The notes below the pieces were generated by a model, which saw only the letters and a list, made by a program, of their open reading frames with translations, had not been told where the DNA came from and searched no databases. The position numbers and the translations under genes were made by a program. From the IMG/VR virus record IMGVR_UViG_3300025759_000064, positions 32,001 through 96,000 of that record: DNA of 64,000 nt. One strand, 5' to 3'. This document shows, in pieces, positions 36,298 to 46,273 of this stretch. Each line of letters starts with the position of its first letter. Within the stretch, counting starts at the first letter, position 1. The stretch is from a virus.

Positions 36298-36321
36298 TTG
36301 ACTATATAAACCGAGATTGAA
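36298..36321 (+). promoter_or_regulatory. 24-bp early promoter cassette, copy 6
   Basis: Exact consensus. Confidence 0.8.
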
Positions 36322-36339
36322 TAAAGGAGAGAACTGAAA

Positions 36340-38766
36340 ATGACGATGACGAAAGATGATGATACCAAAGGTATGAGTGTAGAAGAACTGTTCGCAGACT
36401 TCTTCAATTCAGCCAAAGAAACAGATGCAAAGAAAGTGAAAACCAGTAGCGTACAGTTTAGTACAGTTAGCAAAGAGAGAAGAATACTATGTAACTCTCA
36501 GAAAGCAAGTGATATGGTAAAGTATGGGATACACTATAATTCAGGTGAGGTTAGATGGAAGCCACCTAAGACAGAACTAATATTACTTACAGATACATAC
36601 GAGGTAGTTCAGTCTGCTTTCGATAGACTACTACCTGAGTGTGAGGATGGTAAGACTGCTTTCCTTCGCACATGTCCTCAGGAGGCTAGACATGGTGTCT
36701 TAGAATCCTTGAGTGTTACACAAGAGACACTAGAAGATTCTTGGAAAAAGTTAGTTGAAACCATGGATGAGCATGACCCTAATGGTAGCCTAATCCTACA
36801 ACCATTCATCAATGCCACATCTAGTTGTGTGCTTGCACCTCAACAGTTCGCTGCTGTTGCTGAGGGTCACGATGGTATCACGGCAGGTATCAATGAAGAG
36901 ACTGGAAGAATGTTATACTTCGCACTGAATCCTGAACAAACATATCTATCAAACGACATACACATGGTCAATCCTAATTGTAAGTTTGATTCATCCACTA
37001 AGACAACTAACTATGAGTTAGAGTTCGTCTATCAAAGAGATGAGGACTTTAAGAGAAAAATGGGTGGTGGTACTGAACCTTTCATTACACAGATACGTGG
37101 CTCACCCCCTAATCCACCTAGAGAATTACCTTTTACCTACATAGATGAAAACGGTGTTGAGCGTGTTGCTAACATAGATGGTAGTGCTGGCTCAACTGGG
37201 AGATGCGAAGCCAAAGAAGTATGGACTGCATCAGGTTTGGAAGAAGTGGCGTGGTTAGAAGCCAACATCACAAGAGACTTATGCCCTGATGGGTTTGTTA
37301 TATCTCATCCAACTGGCTCTCTTATGTCACACATTTGTGCTCATGCAAGACAGCATGGTATACCATACATAGTAGGTGAAGTAAACGTGGGTGATAGGTT
37401 TACAGAAGGTTCACAAACATGGCTTGCACTTGACCCTAATTGGGATATCGTACCTCAACCTTACAACCCATGTGTACCTGAATACATTGAAGCATTCAAG
37501 GCTGGACTACTACGTTCACAGACACACTGGCAAAGACAACAGGGTTGGTTTGCTCACTTCTTCCACCAATGGGTTGGTCTAAACTACAATGGTATAGAGA
37601 CTGCTTACTTAGCAGGTGGCTTCGTTGGTTGGATGGTTAAGGCTATCCTTGCCCTCTCACTAGGTGAGATGAGATATTCTCAAGGTAACAAAAAGAATAT
37701 TTGTGTAGACCTTTGGCCTACCTTAACAGCAATTATGGGTGAAACTGAATGGGAAGAGTTGTCAGGAGAGAAGCACGCTGGTACTACAAGACAGCATTAC
37801 TATGCTTTACTTGAGCAACTAAACTTAGATACAGTTGAAATGGAAATGGCTTTGAGATGGTGTAAGAAACACTTCTCCACTGGTTGGGGCACACACACAA
37901 GTTTTGGTGGTGCTAACTGGGGTGCATGTGCATCAAGAGGGGCTGATGTTTGTAAGAGCGTGAATGCATTCTTAGCAGAGCCAAATCAAGAAACACTTAA
38001 CGATTTGATAGGTGAAGTGAATCTAGCAAAGAACCTAGAACACAATGGAGGCTTCTTGTATAATAAGTTCCTAAGTAGAAAAGCCTTTGATTATAGTACA
38101 ATGCATACAGATAGTGCAGGTAATCAGAAGGGACTATTCTCTCATTCACCTGAGGCTTTATCATACATGTTTAGAACCTATGAGTTAGCAAGAGAGTTCC
38201 TTGATGGTGACGCAAACAAAGGTAACAAAGCACCCACTAATGATTGGGTAGAAATATTTGGTTTCCTAAACGGTAAAGGTGCATCCTACTTCCGTCAACA
38301 TTTCATCGCTAGTGACTTAGATGTACCTGAGTCATTGAGAAATGCAGCAATAGCGTGTGGACCTAAACTACTACACTACAATAACAAATACTCAACTGAG
38401 GAAAGTTATGTTCCATGTGGTATCAGTACATGTGAATTATGTATCAAGAATGATGTGTTGGTTGTCAATCTAAAGTATGGTAATGTAGGCTCTCAGTTAT
38501 TGTCTACTACTTACCCTGAGGTGTTCATGGCTGGTGGTAAAGAAGTATCATCAGTCGATAGTTATGCAGTTGCATCTTTACTTAGAGAGAAGAAGTATAC
38601 GGATGTTACACCAAAGATGTGGATAGATGGGTGGAATGGTTTGAATAAACTAGATGCCGCTTATGCCCTGTTGTCTGACCTGATGAGTAAGTTCCTGAGT
38701 AACCAAATGGCTGACAACAACCAGTGGACTGAGGAAGTATTAAAATTATTGAAGGAGGAAAAGTGA
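36340..38766 (+). CDS. PEP-utiliser/PPDK-like phosphotransferase (ATP-grasp-like region, phospho-His swivel domain, unknown C-terminal domain)
   Basis: PTGSLMSHICAHARQHGIPYIV matches the swivel motif GG.xSH....ARxxGIP. Upstream FLRTCP, ILQPFI, ELEF, TQIR are ATP-grasp-like. Confidence 0.65.
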   Translation: MTMTKDDDTKGMSVEELFADFFNSAKETDAKKVKTSSVQFSTVSKERRILCNSQKASDMVKYGIHYNSGEVRWKPPKTELILLTDTYEVVQSAFDRLLPECEDGKTAFLRTCPQEARHGVLESLSVTQETLEDSWKKLVETMDEHDPNGSLILQPFINATSSCVLAPQQFAAVAEGHDGITAGINEETGRMLYFALNPEQTYLSNDIHMVNPNCKFDSSTKTTNYELEFVYQRDEDFKRKMGGGTEPFITQIRGSPPNPPRELPFTYIDENGVERVANIDGSAGSTGRCEAKEVWTASGLEEVAWLEANITRDLCPDGFVISHPTGSLMSHICAHARQHGIPYIVGEVNVGDRFTEGSQTWLALDPNWDIVPQPYNPCVPEYIEAFKAGLLRSQTHWQRQQGWFAHFFHQWVGLNYNGIETAYLAGGFVGWMVKAILALSLGEMRYSQGNKKNICVDLWPTLTAIMGETEWEELSGEKHAGTTRQHYYALLEQLNLDTVEMEMALRWCKKHFSTGWGTHTSFGGANWGACASRGADVCKSVNAFLAEPNQETLNDLIGEVNLAKNLEHNGGFLYNKFLSRKAFDYSTMHTDSAGNQKGLFSHSPEALSYMFRTYELAREFLDGDANKGNKAPTNDWVEIFGFLNGKGASYFRQHFIASDLDVPESLRNAAIACGPKLLHYNNKYSTEESYVPCGISTCELCIKNDVLVVNLKYGNVGSQLLSTTYPEVFMAGGKEVSSVDSYAVASLLREKKYTDVTPKMWIDGWNGLNKLDAAYALLSDLMSKFLSNQMADNNQWTEEVLKLLKEEK

Positions 38767-40011
38767 ATGGGTAGTAAAGATGGATGTCATACAGGTAATC
38801 CCCTTGTCTTTGAGGCAAAGGGTGTCAAAGTATATGCTGGTGGAACAAATAGAAATGGTGGCTGGCACAAGATGTCACCTGTACCTGACTTGGCTCTAGG
38901 GCCAATCGGTGTAATACACAGTGCAAGAACTATTGATGTATTACCGGAAGGTTGGAAGTCATCGTCTACATTAGTGGGTGGTGATACACCTATTGTAATG
39001 GAGATTGATTGGCCTGATTACAGTATTCCTAGTAACTTAGGCCCATCGTGGTGGAGAGCATTGGTTGAGGATATCGAGACTAAAAACATCAAATCAATAT
39101 CTACTCAGTGTATGGGTGGTCATGGTAGAACTGGTGTACAGTTGGCTATTCTTGCACACTTGATGATACCAAAAGCAAAGCATGAATGGAAGAACGCATA
39201 CGACCTTATAAAGTGGGTTCGTGGTAACTTTTGTGAACATGCGGTAGAAGCAAAATCACAGCAAACATACATCGCAGATGTGTGTGGTATACCTGAGGGT
39301 GACTCTGCAATTGTAGTCACGCAGCCACAATGGAGTAACTTCGATTACACTGCTGATAATCTTCTAACAGAAGATGAGTTGAGAGCAGAGCAAGTAAAGA
39401 TTGAGAGAGAAGAAAAGAAAGCAAAGGCTGCTGCTAAGAAAGCGAAGGCTGCTAAGAAAGGTAAGAAAGGTAAGGGCAATAATCCTAAGAAACATACCCT
39501 TGAAGATTTCCTTGCTGATGATGATGAGCGTGTACCTTTTGGTAGTGATAACAAAGTGAGTTCTCCTATTGAAAAGGGTTGGACTATCGTTGAGTGTTGT
39601 GATTGCCACCATAACGAATGGCGCAAAGCAGATAGAAATACGTTTACTACACCTTGTAGTTCATGTGGTTTTGACGGAGGCTTTGTACAAGTTGATAGAG
39701 AGTTCCTCGATGGTAATAAGACTAGACTTTGCTTAGTTACTGATGAAATGTATCACCAAATAGAAATGTACGATGAACAAGTTTCATACGTAGGAGAAGC
39801 AATACGTAGAGGTATGAGTGTTAGAAGAAATCACGGAGGTATTGCTACTATTAGAATAGGTAACAAATACATACCTATCCACTTATTAAAAAGAGACGGA
39901 GATGACATCGTTTCTATGAAAAAGACCACACAAAAAATAGTCGAATCCCGTAGTGCCATACAAGGTATGGAGTTTATGGGAAGGCAAGAAAGAGAAATAC
40001 TGGAGGAATAA
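38767..40011 (+). CDS. Protein-tyrosine/dual-specificity (CX5R) phosphatase with a C-terminal Zn ribbon
   Basis: WPD loop IDWPDYSIP, P-loop QCMGGHGRTG, Q-loop AVEAKSQ. Confidence 0.85.
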   Translation: MGSKDGCHTGNPLVFEAKGVKVYAGGTNRNGGWHKMSPVPDLALGPIGVIHSARTIDVLPEGWKSSSTLVGGDTPIVMEIDWPDYSIPSNLGPSWWRALVEDIETKNIKSISTQCMGGHGRTGVQLAILAHLMIPKAKHEWKNAYDLIKWVRGNFCEHAVEAKSQQTYIADVCGIPEGDSAIVVTQPQWSNFDYTADNLLTEDELRAEQVKIEREEKKAKAAAKKAKAAKKGKKGKGNNPKKHTLEDFLADDDERVPFGSDNKVSSPIEKGWTIVECCDCHHNEWRKADRNTFTTPCSSCGFDGGFVQVDREFLDGNKTRLCLVTDEMYHQIEMYDEQVSYVGEAIRRGMSVRRNHGGIATIRIGNKYIPIHLLKRDGDDIVSMKKTTQKIVESRSAIQGMEFMGRQEREILEE

Positions 40012-40013
40012 AT

Positions 40014-40409
40014 ATGGAAGAAAGATTACAGGTAAAATGCAATTATGATAATGGTTTGATACACGTTCAAGGTGTATCGAAAACGGTGAATCAAGGAAGA
40101 GAGTATGGTTTTGCGACCAAGATGCGTACAACAACTGAGGTTAGTATGTGGTTAAAAGAACAACCGCCAGTGCTTAAGTCAGCCGCTTCTAACACTCTTG
40201 CTTACACACCGTTTCAAATCATCAGATACAGTAACAAAGTACCGCAGTTATTCATACCCGGCACGCCCGCTAATCACCCAAACGGTGCTGTATTAAACTT
40301 ACACCCGCTATCTAACGGTGTTAAACAACTGCTTTCTTTTGCGGAAAAAGCAGGTTTTATTGTAGATTCAGATGAGTTACCATTCACAACAGACGAGGTG
40401 AAAGAATGA
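40014..40409 (+). CDS. Hypothetical protein
   Basis: 131 aa with a GGAGG SD. Confidence 0.65.
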   Translation: MEERLQVKCNYDNGLIHVQGVSKTVNQGREYGFATKMRTTTEVSMWLKEQPPVLKSAASNTLAYTPFQIIRYSNKVPQLFIPGTPANHPNGAVLNLHPLSNGVKQLLSFAEKAGFIVDSDELPFTTDEVKE

Positions 40410-40612
40410 GTATCATAGAATTATCTGTGCTTACTGGAACAGCATCTATTGACTTGAGAAATGTAACTGCTATTGTTCGTTCAGACGACTTTGAAGAAAC
40501 ATGGAATCTTAATGTACACATGAAAAGTGGTACTATCTTTATGTGTGCTGAATATACTGTTGAGGATTATGAAAACTTAGTTAGACTATGGACTGGGGTT
40601 GTGTCATCGTGA
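40406..40612 (+). CDS. Small hypothetical protein (HMKSGTIF family)
   Basis: 68 aa, coupled. Confidence 0.6.
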   Translation: MSIIELSVLTGTASIDLRNVTAIVRSDDFEETWNLNVHMKSGTIFMCAEYTVEDYENLVRLWTGVVSS

Positions 40613-41187
40613 GTAAAACACCATTCCCTAAAGGTCACGTACTGAATGATATTTGGGCATCTCTTAGATTAGTAGCCCAAGAATTGAACATAGAACACCC
40701 TAATACTATGTTTGCTATACCTGAGCGTACCGCTAAGATGATTGCTGATAGAAGAGAGATACAGGCATCTTTACGCATACAAAATGATGATAGTCTCGCT
40801 CACCATGTAGGTTGGGGGTTACAAACTAATGTCGTAGATTCTATATGTATGGTGTCTCTTTGGAATGAATTAGCAGAAATATACGGAATACCTGCTGGCT
40901 TCTTCTCAGCATTAGAGTATTCAATTAGAGATGACCCCGCTTTCATGGATGTGAGAATAGTAGGTTTAAGTCCATTTTTAATAGATGCAAACGGTTCACC
41001 TACTATTGATTTGGAGAAAGCGACACATTCTACACCCGCACTTATGCGTTTAGCATGGGATGGTGCATTATCAGGTGATTACTGGGATGTGGAGAGTATA
41101 ATGCACTTACCTAAGACAGTGTATCATAATGACGACAGGGCGCTAGAAGCAGCAGAAAGAGTAGGGGTAGAGGTCGAGTTCGCTTAG
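40609..41187 (+). CDS. Hypothetical protein
   Basis: GTGA-coupled start at 40609. Confidence 0.6.
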   Translation: MSKTPFPKGHVLNDIWASLRLVAQELNIEHPNTMFAIPERTAKMIADRREIQASLRIQNDDSLAHHVGWGLQTNVVDSICMVSLWNELAEIYGIPAGFFSALEYSIRDDPAFMDVRIVGLSPFLIDANGSPTIDLEKATHSTPALMRLAWDGALSGDYWDVESIMHLPKTVYHNDDRALEAAERVGVEVEFA

Positions 41188-41194
41188 AAGAACA

Positions 41195-41218
41195 TTGACT
41201 ATATAAACCGAGATTGAA
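41195..41218 (+). promoter_or_regulatory. 24-bp early promoter cassette, copy 7
   Basis: Exact consensus. Confidence 0.8.
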
Positions 41219-41235
41219 AAAGGAAGTGAGACAAA

Positions 41236-41832
41236 ATGAAAATGAAAGTATTTGGAAAAGAAAGAGAAGTGGATGGATATGAAAGAAGTCCTATAAATAT
41301 GAAGAGTAATTACTTTTTAGGTAGTTCGGGAAGTAATGCCCCATTACTGCTCAGTGATGGTACTAGCCTAAATCGAGATGGTAAATATGGCTTTTTAGCC
41401 TTAAAAGACAGAGAATCAGGAGACATATTCCTCTTAGATATGTATGGGTATGATGGTTATAATCACACTTATGAATTACAATCACAAGTTCAACACGTAG
41501 ATACGTCAACTAGGAAAAGAAGTACAAGCGTGGTACTCAAAGCATATGGTATGAATGATGCGTTTAAGTGTCTAAAAGAAGTTTATAGAAAAGACCCTAA
41601 AGACTATTCATTGGTTATATTAGAGGCAAAAAGTTATGATAGCCAATGGCTGTATTATGGTGGTAAGATAGGAAATACTAGAGCGAATTATGTGGGTAAA
41701 GGTCCGTTGGAACGCAACGACATGGCAAAGATAAAACATGTTCATGTGCTTATAGATTCGTTAGATAAATCGATAGTATCAGGTAAAGCATCAATGATGA
41801 AATTAAAAGAATTAGTAGTGGAGGAAATATAA
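41236..41832 (+). CDS. Hypothetical protein
   Basis: 198 aa. Confidence 0.7.
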   Translation: MKMKVFGKEREVDGYERSPINMKSNYFLGSSGSNAPLLLSDGTSLNRDGKYGFLALKDRESGDIFLLDMYGYDGYNHTYELQSQVQHVDTSTRKRSTSVVLKAYGMNDAFKCLKEVYRKDPKDYSLVILEAKSYDSQWLYYGGKIGNTRANYVGKGPLERNDMAKIKHVHVLIDSLDKSIVSGKASMMKLKELVVEEI

Positions 41833-43470
41833 ATGGCAAAAGCAGAGAGACAAGGTTGGCAAACATGGGAACGATACAAAGCAGCAGGTATAGTCAGTGA
41901 TGATATTACATTTACAGACGAGAAGATAATAATAGACCACGCTATTGGTAAAACTAAAGAAACAATAGGTAAGTGTTACCCAATAGATGCAGCAGTGGCT
42001 TATTCATTAGCATCTGCTGGGCCTGAGGCTAAACTAACATCTAAACAATTAGTAAATCAATACACTAGAATGGCTACTGCTATGATGACTCAAACAGTTG
42101 GATATGGTAGAGTACCTAACCCTGATACCGTTTCATGTGGTCACGATGAAATCAACGGATTTAATATTTCATTCCCATACCCATACTTGAAAGGAGAATG
42201 TATTGCTAGTAAGTATACTCATTCTTCCACTCTAGAAAGTTGGTTGAAAACTAATGAATTAGACCATCTTTTACCTTATGCTAAAATACGAACCAATTCT
42301 AAAGGTATGAATGCACTCACTACTCAAGTAGGATATGTCCGTTTATTGATGAGTAAGAAATACACACCACTTAGATTAGCCATTGAGGAAAAGTTAGGCA
42401 CTACCATTTGGTTAATTGGAGATGGTAATAGTAACGTAAAGGTTACTGCCACAAAAGGTGAGTGTAAATGGAAAGATGACCCAAGTAAGAAATGTGGGCA
42501 TCACGATGGTGATTACATTACAGATTGGGTTATGATAAGAGATGGTGGAGGCGGTCTACATGAATTATGGAGTAGAGAAAGAGGTGAAGCAGTGGTATCT
42601 AGTGGCTGGAATCACGACCAAATTGAAAGCACATTTGGATATAACCATCACAAGGCCCTAGCCCCATCAGACATCATCCTATGGTCTAAAAAATCTAGGA
42701 CACTAGGTAATATCATAGCAGAGAAAGAAGTCATTAAAGAGATTAACAAGGCACTAAGACGTATGACTGCAAGAAACTTCAACGTTGTACGCAAAGAAGG
42801 TTTGAGGAATACTGCAACTTACACTTGGAAGAACTGGAATTGGTTATACAGTCTGAGAGACTTAGTTAAACAAACAAGTAAGAAAAACAGAAAAGAACAC
42901 GATTTGGTTAACGGTTGGTTGTACAAAAAATACGATTCTAGGATGTCTTACGGTCATGAACTTGCTAAGTTCAAGTGGATACCCGGAAAGAAAGCGGAAG
43001 AAGGTGCTAGTGTACCTGCTGTAAAGGATGAAGAATCCATTAAAACCTTTATAGTATACATGAATGCAACTGGTGGTAGTTATTACAACAGTGGTAAAGG
43101 TATACTACCGTTTAGATTCGCTAGTATTCAAGATGCTAAAACTTTCGTTAATATGTCTGCCCAATTAGCACAGAAACTTGGTGCAGTAGATTCAAGCGGT
43201 AGGAAATGGGATGCTCAAACTATAACAGACTCTACACCTAATGTCGATAAACTAAAGATAATGGCTAAGGTACACAGGTTAGAGATGGACTCAACTGTTG
43301 AGCCTGAGGTCACACCTTCACCTAGTGAGATGATTAATGCATTCTTTTGGGGGTCACCGCAAGAGTTCGACAAACACATTTCATATCTAAACGAAGAATC
43401 ACAAGGCCGATTCACTAGACCAAAGATTGTAAACAAGCAAGAGGAGATTGTGGAAGTTGCTACCGAATGA
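41833..43470 (+). CDS. Hypothetical protein
   Basis: 545 aa; no recognised motif. Confidence 0.75.
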   Translation: MAKAERQGWQTWERYKAAGIVSDDITFTDEKIIIDHAIGKTKETIGKCYPIDAAVAYSLASAGPEAKLTSKQLVNQYTRMATAMMTQTVGYGRVPNPDTVSCGHDEINGFNISFPYPYLKGECIASKYTHSSTLESWLKTNELDHLLPYAKIRTNSKGMNALTTQVGYVRLLMSKKYTPLRLAIEEKLGTTIWLIGDGNSNVKVTATKGECKWKDDPSKKCGHHDGDYITDWVMIRDGGGGLHELWSRERGEAVVSSGWNHDQIESTFGYNHHKALAPSDIILWSKKSRTLGNIIAEKEVIKEINKALRRMTARNFNVVRKEGLRNTATYTWKNWNWLYSLRDLVKQTSKKNRKEHDLVNGWLYKKYDSRMSYGHELAKFKWIPGKKAEEGASVPAVKDEESIKTFIVYMNATGGSYYNSGKGILPFRFASIQDAKTFVNMSAQLAQKLGAVDSSGRKWDAQTITDSTPNVDKLKIMAKVHRLEMDSTVEPEVTPSPSEMINAFFWGSPQEFDKHISYLNEESQGRFTRPKIVNKQEEIVEVATE

Positions 43471-43723
43471 AGTCGCATTAAGTCCTAAGTTATTATCAGA
43501 CATAGCAGATACAAACACAGCAAAGATAGGTGGTAGAAAGTTTACATTTTCGTGGGGTGATGCAACAGTTTTGATGTGGGCTAAGGGTACAACTATACCT
43601 TGTCCCCTATGTAAGAAAGAGTGTAGTAGTTGTCTTGTATTAAAGACAGATATAGGTGATGTTTACGCTTGTATTCACTGTGAAAAGTACATTATGTATA
43701 GCGATAAAATGGAGGAAGAATAA
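43448..43723 (+). CDS. Zn-ribbon protein
   Basis: CPLC...CIHC. Confidence 0.6.
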   Translation: MWKLLPNEVALSPKLLSDIADTNTAKIGGRKFTFSWGDATVLMWAKGTTIPCPLCKKECSSCLVLKTDIGDVYACIHCEKYIMYSDKMEEE

Positions 43724-43726
43724 GAA

Positions 43727-43905
43727 TACGATTACAAGTTGGCGAGGCTACATGAATAGGTGGTAGCCCAAAACCGTAACCAGTATGCACAGAACGGGAT
43801 AAAGAACCGGAGGAGAAGGGTCGGAGAGAGATTAGATTGCAACGCCCAAACTGTTCTGATAAATGAAATAGAGCATTAAGAAGTCGGATAAGCCAACATA
43901 TCGTA
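43727..43905 (+). ncRNA. Putative structured non-coding RNA (~180 nt)
   Basis: ORF-free gap with nested stems: TACGAT/ATCGTA, GTTGGC/GCCAAC, GGCTAC/GTAGCC, ATGC/GCAT, CAGAACGG/CTGTTCTG. Confidence 0.55.
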
Positions 43906-43940
43906 AACTATTACTGAATCAAAACAAGGAGAAAGAAAAA

Positions 43941-44684
43941 ATGAGTAAAGAAAATAATTGGAAACCTGATAGAAAATTGAAAGAGTGGGCGCTGAAACAT
44001 TTTGCAGAGATGCAAGTTGGTGGCGTATGGATGCCTGACGGAAGCGGCCTAACGTTTGTAAAAATAGACGAAAACACTTGGAGTCTGAAATCGATAGTAG
44101 AATCTATTGAAGCGGAAGAGAATCTTCAACGTATGAAAGTGTTGATGTTTGACGTAGGGTATACTCTCTTAGAGGGCGACACAGAAGTGATGCCTGAACC
44201 CACTAGTGCAGAAGAAGCAAGGATGTTAGAGATACACATGAAGCGAGATATAGCACAGAACTGGGCTGGTAGTGACGGCACATTACTCAAAGATATGGGA
44301 CTAGAAAATGTATGGCCTAGTTACATAGAAGATAGAGAGATACTACTTGACAACGGTGACACGACTACTATACAAGTGTGGGCATATCTAGTAACTAATC
44401 CTAACACTGGAGAAGAGATACAGTTAGACCCTGACGATTACCACTTACTTATGGGTGACAAATACTTCATGCGATTTAGAACATCTGAGTTTGAATATTC
44501 CGCATTAAGCCGTGAAGAGATGATTGAGGATATAGACATGCATAAAGGGCACACAAGTAGTGTTGGAGTAGGTAGTATACACATTGGAGGAAACCAAACT
44601 CATAGTGAAAGAGTCGTAAAAATACCACCTTGGATGTGGGGCACATATTGTCAACAGTTAAGTTGGGATGAAGAAGAGGAATGA
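43941..44684 (+). CDS. Hypothetical protein
   Basis: 247 aa with a GGAG SD. Confidence 0.7.
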   Translation: MSKENNWKPDRKLKEWALKHFAEMQVGGVWMPDGSGLTFVKIDENTWSLKSIVESIEAEENLQRMKVLMFDVGYTLLEGDTEVMPEPTSAEEARMLEIHMKRDIAQNWAGSDGTLLKDMGLENVWPSYIEDREILLDNGDTTTIQVWAYLVTNPNTGEEIQLDPDDYHLLMGDKYFMRFRTSEFEYSALSREEMIEDIDMHKGHTSSVGVGSIHIGGNQTHSERVVKIPPWMWGTYCQQLSWDEEEE

Positions 44685-45427
44685 TTGAAATGTTGACTAA
44701 TGAAGAGTGGCGTTTAATAGACGTTATAGGGCAAAGCCCAAAGATTATCCATGACGGTGGACTCCGTTCTACTCTTCCTCTTTGGACTCTATGGCCTTCT
44801 CTTAACGAGAAGGGTAAGACCAACGGATACTACAAAAACGCTCTTACAGTTGGAGGAAAAATCAATCTTGGATTGCCATTGTTTAATGAAGTTACTCCAG
44901 CAGAAAATGATGTAGTACGGTTAAATGTAGAAGTTAAATTACCATTCTTTACTAGCCAAGAAGATTGCTTAAAGTATACTCTAATGTTACCTATGCTTGC
45001 AGAAAATTGCGGGGGTGTAGTATTAACTCAACGAGATTTAGATTATACAATAGATACGGCAGTCAATGATTTGGTACTCGAAGATGGAACAATAACTAGC
45101 ATAAGTGCATTTGATAAAAGAGGTGAATATTCTGAATTAAAAATGTATGACTATGAGAGACTTTGGGATAGCGAACAGGCTAGATTTACTTTGAAAGGTT
45201 TAGAACCAGCCTATACACCAACAGCGATGCATGTTTTACCCTACATCTTAGATAAATTAGGTGAGGATGACGAAAGAATAGATATTTACGATATGTATAG
45301 AAAACTGTCGAAGGAAGCGTTAGTAATGAAGGCTACACTTGATGCACTTATTGAAATAGGGAAGACTAGACACTTTCACCAACACTACGATAATTTGTTA
45401 CAGCCGTTTATGGATGAAGAAGAATGA
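44681..45427 (+). CDS. Hypothetical protein
   Basis: 248 aa, coupled. Confidence 0.7.
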   Translation: MIEMLTNEEWRLIDVIGQSPKIIHDGGLRSTLPLWTLWPSLNEKGKTNGYYKNALTVGGKINLGLPLFNEVTPAENDVVRLNVEVKLPFFTSQEDCLKYTLMLPMLAENCGGVVLTQRDLDYTIDTAVNDLVLEDGTITSISAFDKRGEYSELKMYDYERLWDSEQARFTLKGLEPAYTPTAMHVLPYILDKLGEDDERIDIYDMYRKLSKEALVMKATLDALIEIGKTRHFHQHYDNLLQPFMDEEE

Positions 45428-45515
45428 AGTGTAAAATATGTCCGAGAGTTTCAGGAGAGAGTTGTTGTAGAGTTTGTGGGCATACATACTACGGTACGAG
45501 AAGGGAGGAAGAAGA

Positions 45516-46010
45516 ATGAACTTTGAAGAAGCGAAGAGACTAATGGAAACAATAAAAGGTGATACAGACATAATAGGTCGGCCAATAGATTCGCGCGGTA
45601 GAAGGGTTGGCAGGTCGATAGGAAAATATACTCGTCTTTACTACGGTATGTATGAATACAAATATACTCCATATTATAGTATACGTTATCGTGGTGAAAG
45701 TATAATTCAGATATTACCTGAGCGTATATGGTTTCCATGTAAGCCTAATCATCATACCCATTCGGATGAAGCGTGCGAGAAATTAAACGGCTATCTACCA
45801 GTAGGTATGCATGTCTATAAGGAGGGTACTGACGAGTATGGCGTTTCAAAATGGTACTTACGAGATATGAATGTAACTAATCCCGATAACCCTGATGAAG
45901 ATGTGGTGTTTCACTTTGACATTGTACGACATATTTCCAATGATGGAAAGGTGATGTTGTATAGTACAGAGCCTAAGTATCCTAGAGTTTATGAGGAGGA
46001 AGAAGAATGA
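45516..46010 (+). CDS. Hypothetical protein
   Basis: ATG at 45516 after GGAGGAAGAAGA. Confidence 0.65.
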   Translation: MNFEEAKRLMETIKGDTDIIGRPIDSRGRRVGRSIGKYTRLYYGMYEYKYTPYYSIRYRGESIIQILPERIWFPCKPNHHTHSDEACEKLNGYLPVGMHVYKEGTDEYGVSKWYLRDMNVTNPDNPDEDVVFHFDIVRHISNDGKVMLYSTEPKYPRVYEEEEE

Positions 46011-46273
46011 GTGATGAAATCAAGTGGCAATCACCTAGCATGGAAGGTAAGTGGAAAGATAACAAAGGTATACTACATCTAAGGATGATAGAATATTATG
46101 GTAAAGACTGGGTAGATATACGGATAATGAATATGTCTAATACCCCGCCTAATTTTACTAGACATGGGGTCAGATTAAACGAGCAGCAGTTGGAAGAGTT
46201 GTTACCTATACTAAGGGACATGTTAGTGGATATGAAGAACAAGAGGGAAGAAGATGAAAGGAAGAGCAGTTAG
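46007..46273 (+). CDS. PC4/YdbC-like ssDNA-binding protein
   Basis: EYYGKDWVDIR...TRHGVRL..EQLEEL. Confidence 0.75.
   Translation: MSDEIKWQSPSMEGKWKDNKGILHLRMIEYYGKDWVDIRIMNMSNTPPNFTRHGVRLNEQQLEELLPILRDMLVDMKNKREEDERKSS

Noticed and set aside
43851-43870. Hammerhead ribozyme core (CTGATAA..GAAA) in the ncRNA candidate
   Set aside because: It is not CUGANGA, and there is no stem II between the two elements.
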